Shown here piece by piece: positions 51,858-64,000 of a DNA stretch of 64,000 nt; the stretch's first letter is position 1, and each line of letters starts with the position of its first letter. The position numbers and the translations under genes were made by a program. The DNA is from Octopus vulgaris (lineage: Eukaryota), in the NCBI GenBank assembly GCA_951406725.2, contig OX597822.1, positions 43,276,001 to 43,340,000 on the forward strand, given 5' to 3'. The notes under the pieces are model-generated. The model did no database searches and was not told the origin of the DNA. It was given only the letters and a program-made list of their open reading frames with translations.

Positions 51858-51858
<1 letters not shown>

Positions 51859-52717
51859 GAGGTTTGATCAATAAGAATCCGAACTGTTGCCATAGTAACG
51901 AAGCTTAAGCACGCAAAGTGTAGCCGCTTAGTACAGATTGAGATTGAACTCTGCTGTGAGTGCGCACTTAGTTTTAACGTTGTAGTTCACTTCCACTATT
52001 TACAGCAGTGCTTCGAAGGAAGGTGCGTAGCGTATGATCGTCGCATTCACCATGACAGTGAAAGTTGTAATGGTGATATCTGCTCAGAGACTCATACAAA
52101 ATTGTATGGAGAGGAGTGTATGAGCCACACACAAATATACGAGTGGTTTAGCCGTTTGCATGATGGCCGAAAAAATGCTTTTGGAGACTCAGCAGAACTG
52201 AGAACAACATCGCAGATATGCATGCAGCTGTGAGGGGAAATAGTTGAATCACCATTCATGAGTTATGAGAAGATTGCAAATTAGTTACGATTTAGTTCAG
52301 TCTATTAACACTGCAGATTTGGGTATGAAACGTGTGTCTACCTAGTTTGTGCTCAAACTGTTTTCAGCTGACCAAAAGGACATTCGGGTTTTATTTGCAC
52401 AAATCTCCTTGATTGTGTCGAGAACGATGAAAACTGTTTGAAAACTGCGTAAGTCCCTGAGCAGGTATCAACAAGCTTTTGGCAAAATTCGATGCAGAAT
52501 ATTTGCTCAAGTTTCTCTGTTATGTTTAATGCGAGGATTACACGCTTCACACCTTCCTTCCAAGCACTGCTGTAATCAGCGGAAGTAAGCCAGAGCGTTA
52601 AAACTTAGTGCGCATGCACAGCAGAGTTGAGGGTCAATCTGCACCAAGCGGCATTACTCTGTGTGCTTTTGCCTCGTTAGTATAGCAACAGTCCGGATAC
52701 TTTGTGATCGGCCCACG
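51858..52717 (+). mobile_element. Non-autonomous mariner derivative, copy 2
   Basis: TA|CGAGGTTTGATCAATAAG ... GATCGGCCCACG|TA; colinear with 25727-26618. Confidence 0.9.
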
Positions 52718-54294
52718 TATATAAATATATATATATATATATATAAACGTCGGTCTTCTTTCAGTTTCCATCTACCAAATTAACTTGCAGGGCTATAGTA
52801 TAAGACATTTGTTTAAGGCACTACTCAGTAGAACTGAACCAGGAACAGTGTGGTTGAGAAGCAAACTTCTTACCACCCAGCCACGTCTGCACCTATCTTA
52901 CAAATCTCCTTTCAATTTTAGTTCAAATCCCGCAACGGCGTATTAAGCTGACAGACTCAAACCGTCCACCAGTTAAACCCGAACTCCGGGGGTTCTGGTT
53001 ACCAGGAGGTGGTAGCTGAACAGAATTCATTCTGCTGCAAGTATTCGGGTCATCTCTCTGGTTCAAGGAAATCCCCTCCCCACAACCTGTATCAGATGCT
53101 TAGTAAAGCGTCACAGTCACTGCCTTCCTTCCTGATTTAGACATAAAGTATAAAAACAAATCCTTCTTATTATTTTTTATACGTGTGTTTCTGAATATGC
53201 GATGACTAATAGGGTGGTACTGGATATGGCCAACAACGGAACAACGTGGTGTCTTCATAAAACGACTTTCACATGACATTGAAGTTTTACTGTAGTTTGG
53301 TAGTTGATATCATAAGGTTTCATGATTACTTTTGAATGCTTTTGATATCGTCCATTTTAGGTAGTAAAATTGGCTGGTCGACTTGTTTTCTATTACCACT
53401 AAAACTATGCCACAAACCTAGTTTGTGTGTGACAACGTAATTAAGATTGAAGATACAATGGTGATTTGCAGCAGGGCTTTTTCGTTTTCCTGTCAGTACA
53501 GAAGATGAAACACTTTTGTTAATGCATTTCTGCAGCTGATATGTTTGTCAGTACATGCGTTTACAGAAACCCCTTGCATCTGGCTTTATTGAATGTGACA
53601 AGGTCTTTCAAAATAGGGGATTTTTATTGATACTTTTACTCACTGGTAAAATATTCCCTGACAAACAGTTAATGAGAAAATAAGAGGTGGGGATGTGTGT
53701 TAGCCATAATGGAGATGCATGTGTTAGCCACACTTGTTTGTTTGTCGTCATCGTCTTTGCTGTTGTTGTTATTGCTGCATTTATTTGACCCAGGTCAGAT
53801 TTGAACCAGCAGATCAATGATCAAAATCTTCTCAACTGTGACCAGCATGCCTTCCTGTTTCCGAAATTGGATTTCATTAATCTATGTGTCCTTATTCTTA
53901 GTAGAGCGAAGAAATATTTGCGAAAGATTCGGCTGTTATTTCCAGCAGTTCGAACGAACACGTAGAGAGCAAACGTATCAGGTTATTATTTACATTGTAT
54001 TTTGACCATCCTCTATGTGGACGTTCAACGTGCAAGAAATAGTAACGAGTTTCCCTCAGATGACAGACGTGATAAAAAAAAAGGCAAAAACTAGATGATG
54101 TAATTCATAAATATAATCCAATTTTTGCAGATTCTACGCGTTTGAGCTCTTCATGTCCTCGTCACGTGATCATATTAATTGGGTTTGTATTCAGCATAAA
54201 GTGTTTTAAGCGGAAGCCAAAAGAGATACAACAGGGACTAAAAGAGTTAACTGTGTTTGAATTTTCGACCTAGAAATTTAGTGGAGGGACTAAG

Positions 54295-54850
54295 GTGGTG
54301 GTGATGACGATGATGGTGGTAATGTTGATTGTAGTGGTGGTGGTGGTGATGATAATGGTGGTGATGATGATGATGGTGGTGATGATGATGGTGATGAGTG
54401 GGGGTGTTGATGATGGTGGTGGTGGTGGTGGTGATCCTGATGGTGGTGATGATGATGGTGATACTAGCGGTGGTAGTGATGGTGGTAATGATGAGGGTAG
54501 TGGTGGTGGTGATGATAATGAAAGTGATGGGTATAATGATGGTGGTGGTGGTGGTGCTGATGATGATGATGGTGATGATGGTGATGATAGTGGTGGTGGG
54601 GACGATGGTTGTGGTGGGGATGATGGTGATGATGATGGTGGTAGTGGTAGTGGTGGTGACGGTGATGGTGGTGAGGTTGATGATGAGGATGGTGACGGTG
54701 ATGATGATGGTAGTGGTAGTGACAGTAGTGCTAATGATGATAGCAGTGGTGGTGATGGTAGTGGTGGTGGTAATTATGACGATGGTAGTGTTGGTTGTGA
54801 TGATGGTTGGGGATGGTGGTGGCGATAGAGTGGATGGCAGTGGTGGAGTA
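54295..54850. repeat. (GAT/GGT)n low-complexity tract
   Basis: Direct inspection. Confidence 0.9.
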
Positions 54851-54984
54851 GTTGGGGGCGTGTGTCAGAATACTGAACTGAATGAGGAGAGGTCTGTGTG
54901 TGCGCGCGTGTGTGTAAGATGGAGGTGATACATTTTTAGCTATTCCTGAGAAATACAGGCTGTTACTTTTCTTCAATTTTTTTT

Positions 54985-55649
54985 CTGCTCTAGGTACAAG
55001 GCCCGAAATTTTTGGGGAAAGGGCCAGTCGATTAGATCGACCTCAGTACGCAACTGGTACTTTGTTTATCGACCCCGAAACGATGAAGGGCAAAGTTGAC
55101 CTCGGCTGAATTTGAACTCAGAACGTAAACAGAAACGAAATACCTATTTCTTTACTACCCACAAGGGGCTAAACACAGAGGGTACAAACAAGAACAGACA
55201 CACGGATTGAGTCGATTACATCAACCCCAGTGCGTAACTGGTACTTAATTTATCGACCCCGAAAGGATGAAAGGCAAAGTTGACCTCGGCTGAATTTGAA
55301 CTCAGAACGTAGCGGCAGACGAAATACCGCTAAGCATTTCGCCCGGCGTGCTAACGTTTCTGTCAGCTCGCCGGCTTTTAAAGATATATTCTTTTCTACT
55401 CTAGGCACAAGGCCCGAAACTTTTGTGAAGGGGGCCAGTCGATTAGATCGACATCAGTACGCAACAGGTACTTAATTTTATCGACCCCGAGAGGATCAAT
55501 GGCAAAGTCGAGCTCAGCGGAATTTGAACTCAGAACGTAAAGTCGGAAGAGATGCCGAAGAACATTTTATTCCGGCGCGGTAACGATTCTGCCAGCTCAC
55601 CGCCTTAGTACCAACAACGATAACAAAACAATAAGAACAACAACAACAG

Positions 55650-55683
<34 letters not shown>

Positions 55684-55884
55684 AGTAATGATAATAATCA
55701 CTTCTACAGGAAGCACAAGGCCTAAAATTTGGGGGTAGGGGGGACTCGTTTACATCGATCCCAGTGCGAAAGAATGAAATGCAAAGTCGACCTCGGCGGA
55801 ATTTGAACTCAGAACGTAGCGACAGACGAAATACGGCTACGCATTTCGCCCGGCGTGCTAACGTTTCTGCCAGCTCACCGCCTT
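54985..55884 (-). mobile_element. Cluster of SINE family C copies
   Basis: Heads (reverse complement) ending at ~55376, ~55605 and ~55884. Confidence 0.85.
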
Positions 55885-56689
55885 AGTGCCAACAACAATA
55901 TCAATAGCGATAACAAACAAGAAGAAGAAGAAGAAGAAGAAGAAGAAGAAGAAGAAGAAGAAGAAGAAGAAGAAGAAGAAGAAGAAGAAGAAGAAGAAGA
56001 AGAAGAAGAAGAAGAAGAAACTGACGAAGAAGAACAATGACAATAACAACAACACCAATATGAGCGGCAGCTGCAGCAGCAGAGTAAGCAGCAGCAGCAA
56101 GGACAGCCGCAGCAATAGCTATAACAAAACAGCAGCAAGAACAGTAAGAGCAACGACATTAACGGCGTAAAAAGCAACAACAACAGCAACAACAACAACA
56201 TCATCAGCAACAGCAACAACAGCAACAGCAGACACAACAACAGCAGCAGCAGCAGCAGCAGCAGCATCAGCATCAGCATCAGCAACAACGTCGACAGTAT
56301 CAAAAGCATCATTAACTGGTTAAAACCTTCGTCGACAGAAGATATATATATATTTTTTATTTTATCAATTTCTGTTATGACAATTTAATTGACTTGAGAT
56401 AATTACTTACAGTTTAGAAATAATTAAAAACTCCAGCTGACAGATGTACAGCGAGTATAGTCACGTGATTCTTCAACAGCACCGCCCGTCGCCGCCGCCA
56501 CATTCAACGCGCAGAACACGGAGTTTCGTATTTAGATACGCAATAACGACGAGAGGAATATGAAAATATCTTATATTCTAACTTCTGATAAATGTTTTAT
56601 GGCACCTGTTGTTGCTTTGTCCAAGGTCAACCTTGGCCAAAGATACACATACACACAGACACATGTATGTACACACACACAGACACACA

Positions 56690-56781
<92 letters not shown>

Positions 56782-56782
<1 letters not shown>

Positions 56783-56960
56783 GAGGTTTGATCAATAAAA
56801 ATCCGAACTGTTGCCATAGTAACGAAGCTTAAGCACGCAAAGTGTAGCCGCTTTGTACAGATTGAGATTGAACTCTGCTGTGAGTGCACACTTAGTTTTA
56901 ACGTTGTAGTTCGCTTCCACTATTTACAGCAGTGCTTCGAAGGAAGGTGCGTAGCGTATG
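56782..56960 (+). mobile_element. Left-end fragment of the mariner derivative
   Basis: Near-identical to 51858-52036. Confidence 0.85.
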
Positions 56961-57074
56961 TACAAAGGCTTTCCACATGTGATCCTTCTATCTTTTAAGT
57001 GAGGGATCTCCACTCACTAAACGACAAAGTATACATATACTTACGTATCAATACACCCCCAAACACACACACAA

Positions 57075-57106
<32 letters not shown>

Positions 57107-57108
57107 GT

Positions 57109-57401
57109 GGAGGCGCAATGGCCCAGTGGTTAGGGCAGCGGGCTCGCGGTTTCGATTCCCAGACCGGGTGTTGTGAGTGTTTTACTGAGCGAAAACACCT
57201 AAAAAACTCCACGAGGCTCCGGCAGAGGGTGGTGGTGGCGATCCCTGCTGTACTCTTTCGCCACAACTTTCACTTACTCTTTCTTCTGTTGGCCTGGTCG
57301 CTTAGCCAGCGGAGTGGCGTCATTTGAAAACTAAAACAATGCGAGGCGCATTGTGACCAGCGATGTGTAACAACATCTGATAGCCTGGTCGGTCACGCGA
57401 T

Positions 57402-57410
<9 letters not shown>
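57109..57410 (+). mobile_element. SINE family B
   Basis: A box TGGCCCAGTGG, B box GGTTTCGATTCC, tail GTCACGCGATCACGTGATA. Confidence 0.85.
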
Positions 57411-57484
<74 letters not shown>

Positions 57485-57812
57485 GGCAAACTAGCTCGTT
57501 AAGACTCTCTATAAGGAACGGAAGTAGTATTTATAATGTTTATCGCTACCTAAGAACATAGGGTAGTCCTCCTAGGGTTAAAATAGCGGTATCTTCTTCT
57601 TAATCTTCTTCTTCTTCTTCTTCTTCTTCTTCTTCTTCTTCTTCTTCTTCTTCTTCTTCTTCTTCTCTACCAAGAATTCACAACGAACTCGAACCCACAA
57701 GAATAAACAAGAGAGACAGAGAGAGACAGAGAGAGACAGAGAGAGACAGAAACAAGGAAAATGCGCCTTGTATTTGAATACTATGCAAATATTCTTTAAA
57801 AAAAAATTTTAA

Positions 57813-57976
57813 TTTTTCCAAAATTTAATTGTTTTCCATACTTAAAGCTGAAAACGTCTTAATAACTGAAACCGGTACTGAAATGTTTTTTCTAAAATTA
57901 TTTTAGCATTTCCTACGTTTACGTTTTTTCCATACAAGTATGTATGTATGTGTATATATATATATATATATATATC

Positions 57977-58024
<48 letters not shown>

Positions 58025-58257
58025 TATGTGTATATGTATATATATAATTTCCAACCAAGTGTGGTGTACCACACGGGACTGTGGTACTGTCGTTTATAGC
58101 CCCAGGTAGACATATCTTCCAGCTGGCTAACGACACACATTCTGTGTCCAGCCAGAAACTCGAGAATGTTTTTCGTTAGCCAACTGGAAGAGAGGTCTTC
58201 CTGGTTCTATAAACGTCAGTAGCACTGTCCCATGTGGGACGCCACACTAGGTTGGCA

Positions 58258-58288
<31 letters not shown>

Positions 58289-58407
58289 GGAAAAAACGTC
58301 AAGGTAGAAAATGTTAAAATAATTTTATAAAAAACATTTCAGTATCGGTTTCAGTCATCGAGACTTTTTCATGTGTAAGAATGGAAAATAATTAAATTTT
58401 GGAAAAA
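57813..58407. repeat. Nested fold-back: outer arms 57813-57934/58286-58407, inner hairpin 58046-58260
   Basis: Arms read as imperfect reverse complements; each outer arm carries a decayed NTGAAAA...GAAACCGGTA hammerhead-like motif. Confidence 0.8.
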
Positions 58408-58414
58408 GACTTGA

Positions 58415-58457
58415 GTCGACCAAAGCCTTGGTAGATGGAAACTGAAAGAAGCCCGTC

Positions 58458-58503
<46 letters not shown>

Positions 58504-58716
58504 TTGTTAATTGTGTCTGTGTTTGTCCGTCCACCTTCGCTTCACAACCGATGCTGATGGGTTTACATCCCCGTAACTTAGCGGTTCGGCAAAAAGACCC
58601 CGATAAAATAAGTACTAGGCTTACAAAGAATAAGTCCTGCGGTTGATTGGTTCGACTAAATGTGGTGCTCAAGCATGGCCGCAGTCAAATGACTGAAAGA
58701 TATAAATGAATAAAAG
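58415..58716 (+). mobile_element. SINE family A (5'-truncated)
   Basis: GGTAGATGGAAACTGAAAGAAGCC...AGCATGGCCGCAGTCAAATGACTGAAA. Confidence 0.8.
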
Positions 58717-58839
58717 CGTGTATATGTACAAACATATATACATACACACCCACACATATATATATAATATAAAATGATAGAATTGCTATCAGCATAAAAA
58801 CGATAGACTCATTAAGGTAAAATCATAGATAAAATTTTG

Positions 58840-59003
58840 ATTAAGGGCATAGAAAAAATGTCTTGCTTATATGCTGAAAGGAGACGCTAAATCATCGGAC
58901 TACATTAAATATCACATTAAATCGTCGGATGACATTTTATATCGTTCGACCATTTAGCATCTCCTTTCAGCATATTTGCAAGACTTTCTTCTATGCCCCT
59001 AAT
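58840..59003. repeat. Imperfect ~165-bp hairpin (MITE-like)
   Basis: GGGCATAGAAAAAATGTCTTGC..ATATGCTGAAAGGAGACGCTAAAT / ATTTAGCATCTCCTTTCAGCATAT..GCAAGACTTTCTTCTATGCCC. Confidence 0.8.
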
Positions 59004-59400
59004 TATAATTGTATACATATATTCAATTATGTTAAGTATTTTTTTTTACTCAACGTGAGGAAATTGAACACCTATCTTGTTAATCTTTATCTACTTGTGA
59101 AGAGATTCGACTTTCAAATAATTTTTAATTTAATTAATTAATTTTCGGAGGGTCTAAATTGAAAGAGCTGTAAGGGATGTTTGCCAATTTTTTAATTAAT
59201 AAATCATAATATATTAATTTCCTCGCTATTCTCTCTATCTTATTATTAAAATAGATACTATATATATAAACCAAGGTGCATATATTTACCTTGCAGTTGA
59301 GTATTACATATAATGTTCACAACTCTTAGTATAAGCAATTAACCAGTACTTTCATAGGATTTTGTTTGGTATCCCTGAATGAGGTTTGCAACCTTTAATT

Positions 59401-59456
<56 letters not shown>

Positions 59457-59541
59457 TGCATGTATATATATACATAATATATACATATATGTATGTATCT
59501 ATATATACATATACATATATATAAGTATATTATATAGTTAT

Positions 59542-59594
<53 letters not shown>

Positions 59595-59598
59595 TATA

Positions 59599-61217
59599 CA
59601 GTTGCGGCCAAAATGTTCAGAACGGCATTGTTTTCGTCAGAAAAGTAGATGTAATTTTTTATCAAAGTTGTTTTACATTCTATAATTTTCACAGACAATA
59701 AATACGATATCATTTGTTATTGCCTGAGGTTTTGGTGTAATTTGAGAGGATAATACAAAAGTTATAGATGATTTAGTCATTTACTGCAAAACCCATGGCG
59801 GCCAAAATGATCAGAACGGTTGCTTTTACTCCGTGTTTTAGTATATTTAACCGGCGAACTCTAATGTCTTGAATTTGTTTACGTGACGGTTCGTTTACTA
59901 AACATTAGTAAGAATATTTGCAGTGCACTTTGTTAATATGATGCCACTTACTCCGTTACCAATTCGTCAGCAGATTATTAAGCTTCGAAGGAAGGATAAT
60001 TTAAGTATTGGATCTATTGCAAAGATTGTTAACATGTCAAAAGTGTTGTTCACGGTATTCTTAAGGTCTACGATGATTGTGGTTCGTGTGAAGCAAGAAA
60101 GCTTACAGGTAGGCCAAGAAAAACGACCAAGAGAGGAGATCGTGCTATGGTAAAGTTGGTTAAAAAGGACAGATTTAAAACTGCTGCTGCTGTTTCTCGG
60201 AAAATGAGCATTGTATTGAAGAAAACTTTATCTCGAAAAACTGTGTCTCGTCGTTTAGTTGAACATGACCTACAAGCAAGAGCACCTGCAGTGAAGCCAC
60301 TGATCAGCTCCAAGAATAAAAAGTGTCGTCTTACTTTTGCAACCGAACATGTGTTGTGGTCTCAAGAAAAATTGGCAAACAGTGCATTTCAGTGATGAAT
60401 CAAAGTTTATGCTATTTGGCTCAGATGGGAAAAGGTACGTTCATCGAAAAGTAGGTGAAAAATTGTCGCCTAAATGCCTTAAGACTAGTGTTAAATTCGG
60501 TGGAGGAAGTGTCATGATTTAGGGGATGATATCTGGAGATGGTGTGGGCCCTTTGGTGCGATTACATGAAAAGGTAAATACAGGAGATTATAAACAACTT
60601 CTAAAAGATCATGTCTTGCCTGTGCTGAGAAATTCAACTAAGCGACCACCCATATTCATGCAGGACAATGCCCATGTCTCAAGGCTATGGTGGTCATGAA
60701 CTTCCACAAGGCTGAAAAGGTTATTGTTATGGATTGGCCTGCTCAAAGCCCAGATCTCAATCCTATTGAAAATGTGTGGAATATTCTAGGAGAACGTTCG
60801 AAAGCCAGAAATCCTAAAACAACTGAGCAATTATGGAATGCCCTTCAGGAAGAATGGAATATGATCACCCAGCAAGAAATTGAAAATTTAATTTCCTCAT
60901 GCAGTCGAAGATGTCAGAGTGTGATTGAAGCTAAAGGGCTTCACACTAAATATTAAATAATTCCAGTATTCTCTGTCATTTTTGATTATTTTTTCAACCG
61001 TTCTGATCATTTTGGCCGCCATGGGTTTTGCAGAAAATCACTAAATCATCCATAACTTTTGTATTATCCTCTCAAATTACACCAAAACTCAGACAATAAC
61101 AATTAATATTGTATTTATTGTCTGTGAAAATTATAGAATATAAAACTACTTTGATAAAAACTTATACCTACATTTCTGACGAAAACAATGCCGTTCTGAA
61201 CATTTTGGCCGCAACTG
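59599..61217 (+). mobile_element. Full-length Tc1-family DNA transposon, IR/DR type (1619 bp, TA TSD)
   Basis: ~224-bp TIRs (59599-59822, 60995-61217) starting CAGTTG, each with two direct repeats GCGGCCAAAATGWTCAGAACGG. Confidence 0.95.
59938..60956 (+). pseudogene. Tc1 DDE transposase, inactivated by several frameshifts and a TAG at 60520-60522
   Basis: GRPRKTT, FSDESKF, VKFGGGSVMI*G, FMQDNA, WPAQSPDLNPIENVW, KGLHTKY*. Confidence 0.92.
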
Positions 61218-61526
61218 TATATATGTATATGTGTATACTCACGCACATACACACACGTACACATACTCACACATACACACATGTAAGCATAGAGAAATAC
61301 AACCCCGTTTGTCTCCGAACACGCCTCTCCGTCAATGAATTGTCCGAGTAATGCAGAGTCGAGTGGAACTGTTATTCAATACACGCAATTGCAACGAAAT
61401 GTGTTGAGTTGCATTTCAAGGTCTGTCTGTTTTTCTGTCTGCCTGTCTGTCACTATCTCTCTGTTTCCGTCTGTCTGCCAGTCTGCCTCTCTTTCTCTGT
61501 TCGTCTCAATATATATATATATATAT

Positions 61527-61710
61527 CATCATCATCATCATCATCCTTTAACGTCCGTTCTCCATGCTAGCATGGGTTGGACGGTTCGACCGGGGATCTG
61601 GGAAGCCAGAAGGCTGCACCAGGCTCCAGTCTTATCTGGCAATGTTTCTACAGCTGGATGCCCTTCCTAACGCCAACCACTCCGTGAGTGTAGTGGGTGC
61701 TTTTTACGTG
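61527..61710 (-). mobile_element. 3' part of a further SINE-like repeat with a (GAT)n tail
   Basis: Minus strand GTTGGCGTTAGGAAGGGCATCCAGCTGTAGAAAC...CCCATGCTAGCATGGAGAACGGACGTTAAAG(GAT)n. Confidence 0.55.
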
Positions 61711-61809
61711 ATACATATATATATATTTATACATATATATATATATATACATATATATATATTTATATATATATATATATATACATATATATATAAACAT
61801 AACTATATA

Positions 61810-61866
<57 letters not shown>

Positions 61867-62202
61867 TGTTTGTGTGTTTGTGTGTGGACATCCATATTAA
61901 ACATTTGAAAATTCTTACAGATAATGTAATTATATATAATTATCTAATTATCTATGCACGTGTGCGCTCACACACACATGCACATATAAATACATGAATG
62001 TCTATGTATGTATGTATGTATGCATGTATGTATGTATGTATGCATGTATGTATGTATCTATCTATCTATCTAGCTGTATGTCAGTCTGTCTGTCTGACTG
62101 TCGGTCTGTATATATTCATGTATATATATATATATTAAATTTGTAGTGTTGTAAACTGAAAAGCAAACGCTAAAAGACATACATCAACATATATACAACA
62201 CA

Positions 62203-62246
<44 letters not shown>

Positions 62247-62285
62247 ATGTGTGTGTGTGTGTGTGTGTGTAGAAGTATGTGTATA

Positions 62286-62336
<51 letters not shown>

Positions 62337-62764
62337 ACATACATTCATATATCTCTGCTTGTGCGCGCACGCATATACACACATACAGCTCATATGTTCG
62401 TTACTACTGCATTATGTATTCACCTGAAATTATATGTCTCTTATAATTAGTTCAGTCATTAGACAGGCACGCCATATAATATAACACACTTTCGCTCTGA
62501 GATGATACTTAAGAAAAGCAGTTAAATTCTTTCTACATTTCTACTATATTCTACGAATCTATAAATCTGAACTGGTGTCACAAATAATTAACAGTCCCAC
62601 ACTCTCGTATCTATATTGAACTTGAATGAAAGTATTTATTGTCCCTGTCTAACACCAATATTGCAGAAATTTATTGAATGTATACACTGAATTGAATGTA
62701 TTAAATTAATATTCTGCTAATGAATTGGATTTTTTTTTCTTTTTAATGATTAATATGTATAATA

Positions 62765-63437
62765 AGACGACGAGGAGGCATAATCGTTGGCACATTTGGC
62801 GGAATGCTTAGCGGTATTTCGTCTACCGTTACGTTCTGAGTTCAAATTCCGCCGAGGTCGACTTTGCCTTTCATCCTTTCGGGGTCGATAAATTAAGTAC
62901 TAGTTACGCACTGGGGTCGATGTAATCGACTTAATACCTATGTCTCTCCTTGTTTGTCCCCTCTGTGTTTAGCCCCTTGTGGGTAATAAAGAAATAGGTA
63001 TTTCGTCTGTCTATATGTTCTGAGTTCAAATTCCTTATTTCTTTATTGCCCACAAGGGGCTGAACAGAGAGGGAACAAACAAGGACAGACAAAGGAATTA
63101 AGTCAATTACATCGACCTCAGTGCGTAACTGGTACTTAATTTATCGACCCCGAAAGGATGAAAGGCAAAGTCGACCTCGGCGGAATTTGAACTCACAACG
63201 TAACGGCAGACGAAATTTCACCCGGCGTGCTAACGTTTTTGCCAGCTCGTTGCCTTGTTCAAATTCCACCGAGGTCGACTTTGCCTTTTATTCTTTCGAG
63301 GTCGATAAAGTAAGTACCAGTTGCGTACTGGGTTGATCTAATTGACTGCTCCCTCCCTCAAAATTTCAGGCCTTATGTCTAGAGTAGAAAAGAATAGGTG
63401 AAATATAGAAGGCGGTGAGCCGGCAGAAACTTTAGCA
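62765..63437. mobile_element. SINE family C cluster in alternating orientations
   Basis: + copy 62765-63030, - copy 63033-63250, + piece 63257-63392, - head 63408-63437. Confidence 0.8.
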
Positions 63438-63524
63438 TAATATTCGTGTGGACTGGCACCTTTAACGAGGGTCCGACTCTTGTGCTGTCAGAGCATGAAA
63501 CTTGAAGTGCCTCACATTTAAATC

Positions 63525-63620
<96 letters not shown>

Positions 63621-63688
63621 ATATGTGTGTATGCATATATATATGTGTATATATATGTATGTATGTATATATATATATATATATATTT

Positions 63689-63727
<39 letters not shown>

Positions 63728-63731
<4 letters not shown>

Positions 63732-63895
63732 TCTGCCATTACGTTCTGAGTTCAAATTCCGTAGGTCGACTTTGCCTTTCATCCTTTCGGGGTCGATAAA
63801 TTAAGTACCAGTTACTGGGGTCGATGTAATCGACTTAATCCGTTTGTCTGTCCTTGTTTGTCCTCTCTGTGTTTAGCCCCTTGTGGGTAGTAAAG

Positions 63896-63930
<35 letters not shown>

Positions 63931-64000
63931 GGTGTGGCTGTATGGTAAGTGTAGGCGCAGGAGTGGTAAGTAGCTTTGCTAACCAACCACATGGTTCCAG
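63728..64000 (+). mobile_element. SINE family C (63728-63900) and family A head (63929-64000)
   Basis: Consensus matches. Confidence 0.8.

Noticed and set aside
53200-54250. Possible piggyBac remnant ending AAAGAGTTAA
   Set aside because: No matching opposite terminus or transposase motif.
54295-54928. Gly/Asp-rich and Met/Val-rich ORFs
   Set aside because: (GAT/GGT)n repeat translations.

Overview
AT-rich, microsatellite-saturated eukaryotic non-coding DNA (intronic or intergenic). The SINE repertoire and composition suggest an octopus/cephalopod genome; this is an inference from recalled repeat consensus sequences, not a database result. I could not support any host protein-coding gene. 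Almost all ORFs in the track are translations of (TA)n, (CA)n, (AAT)n, (TCTA)n and (GAT)n repeats. The real coding sequence is transposon-derived: three 5'-truncated CR1-like LINEs, RTE and R4/Dong-like fragments, three Penelope-like (GIY-YIG) elements, two Helitron derivatives, one Helentron-type non-autonomous element, a full-length but frameshifted IR/DR Tc1 element, and mariner derivatives. At least four tRNA-derived SINE families are present in many copies. The most notable signal is roughly ten type-I hammerhead ribozyme motifs, most with the short palindromic stem III typical of dimer-acting Penelope hammerheads. All three divergent Penelope elements at 44-50 kb carry, in their 3' UTR, a hammerhead whose core is UUGANAA (a U3:A8 swap of the canonical C3:G8 pair). 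Other classes have a CCGANGA-A core or a very long stem II, and some sit inside fold-back palindromes. Other observations: a SINE-LINE shared 3' stem-loop with compensatory changes, a duplicated locus whose (TA)n was hit independently by two different transposons, a templated-insertion mosaic, and mariner derivatives built from two left ends or two right ends. Repeat boundaries were read by eye and are approximate.
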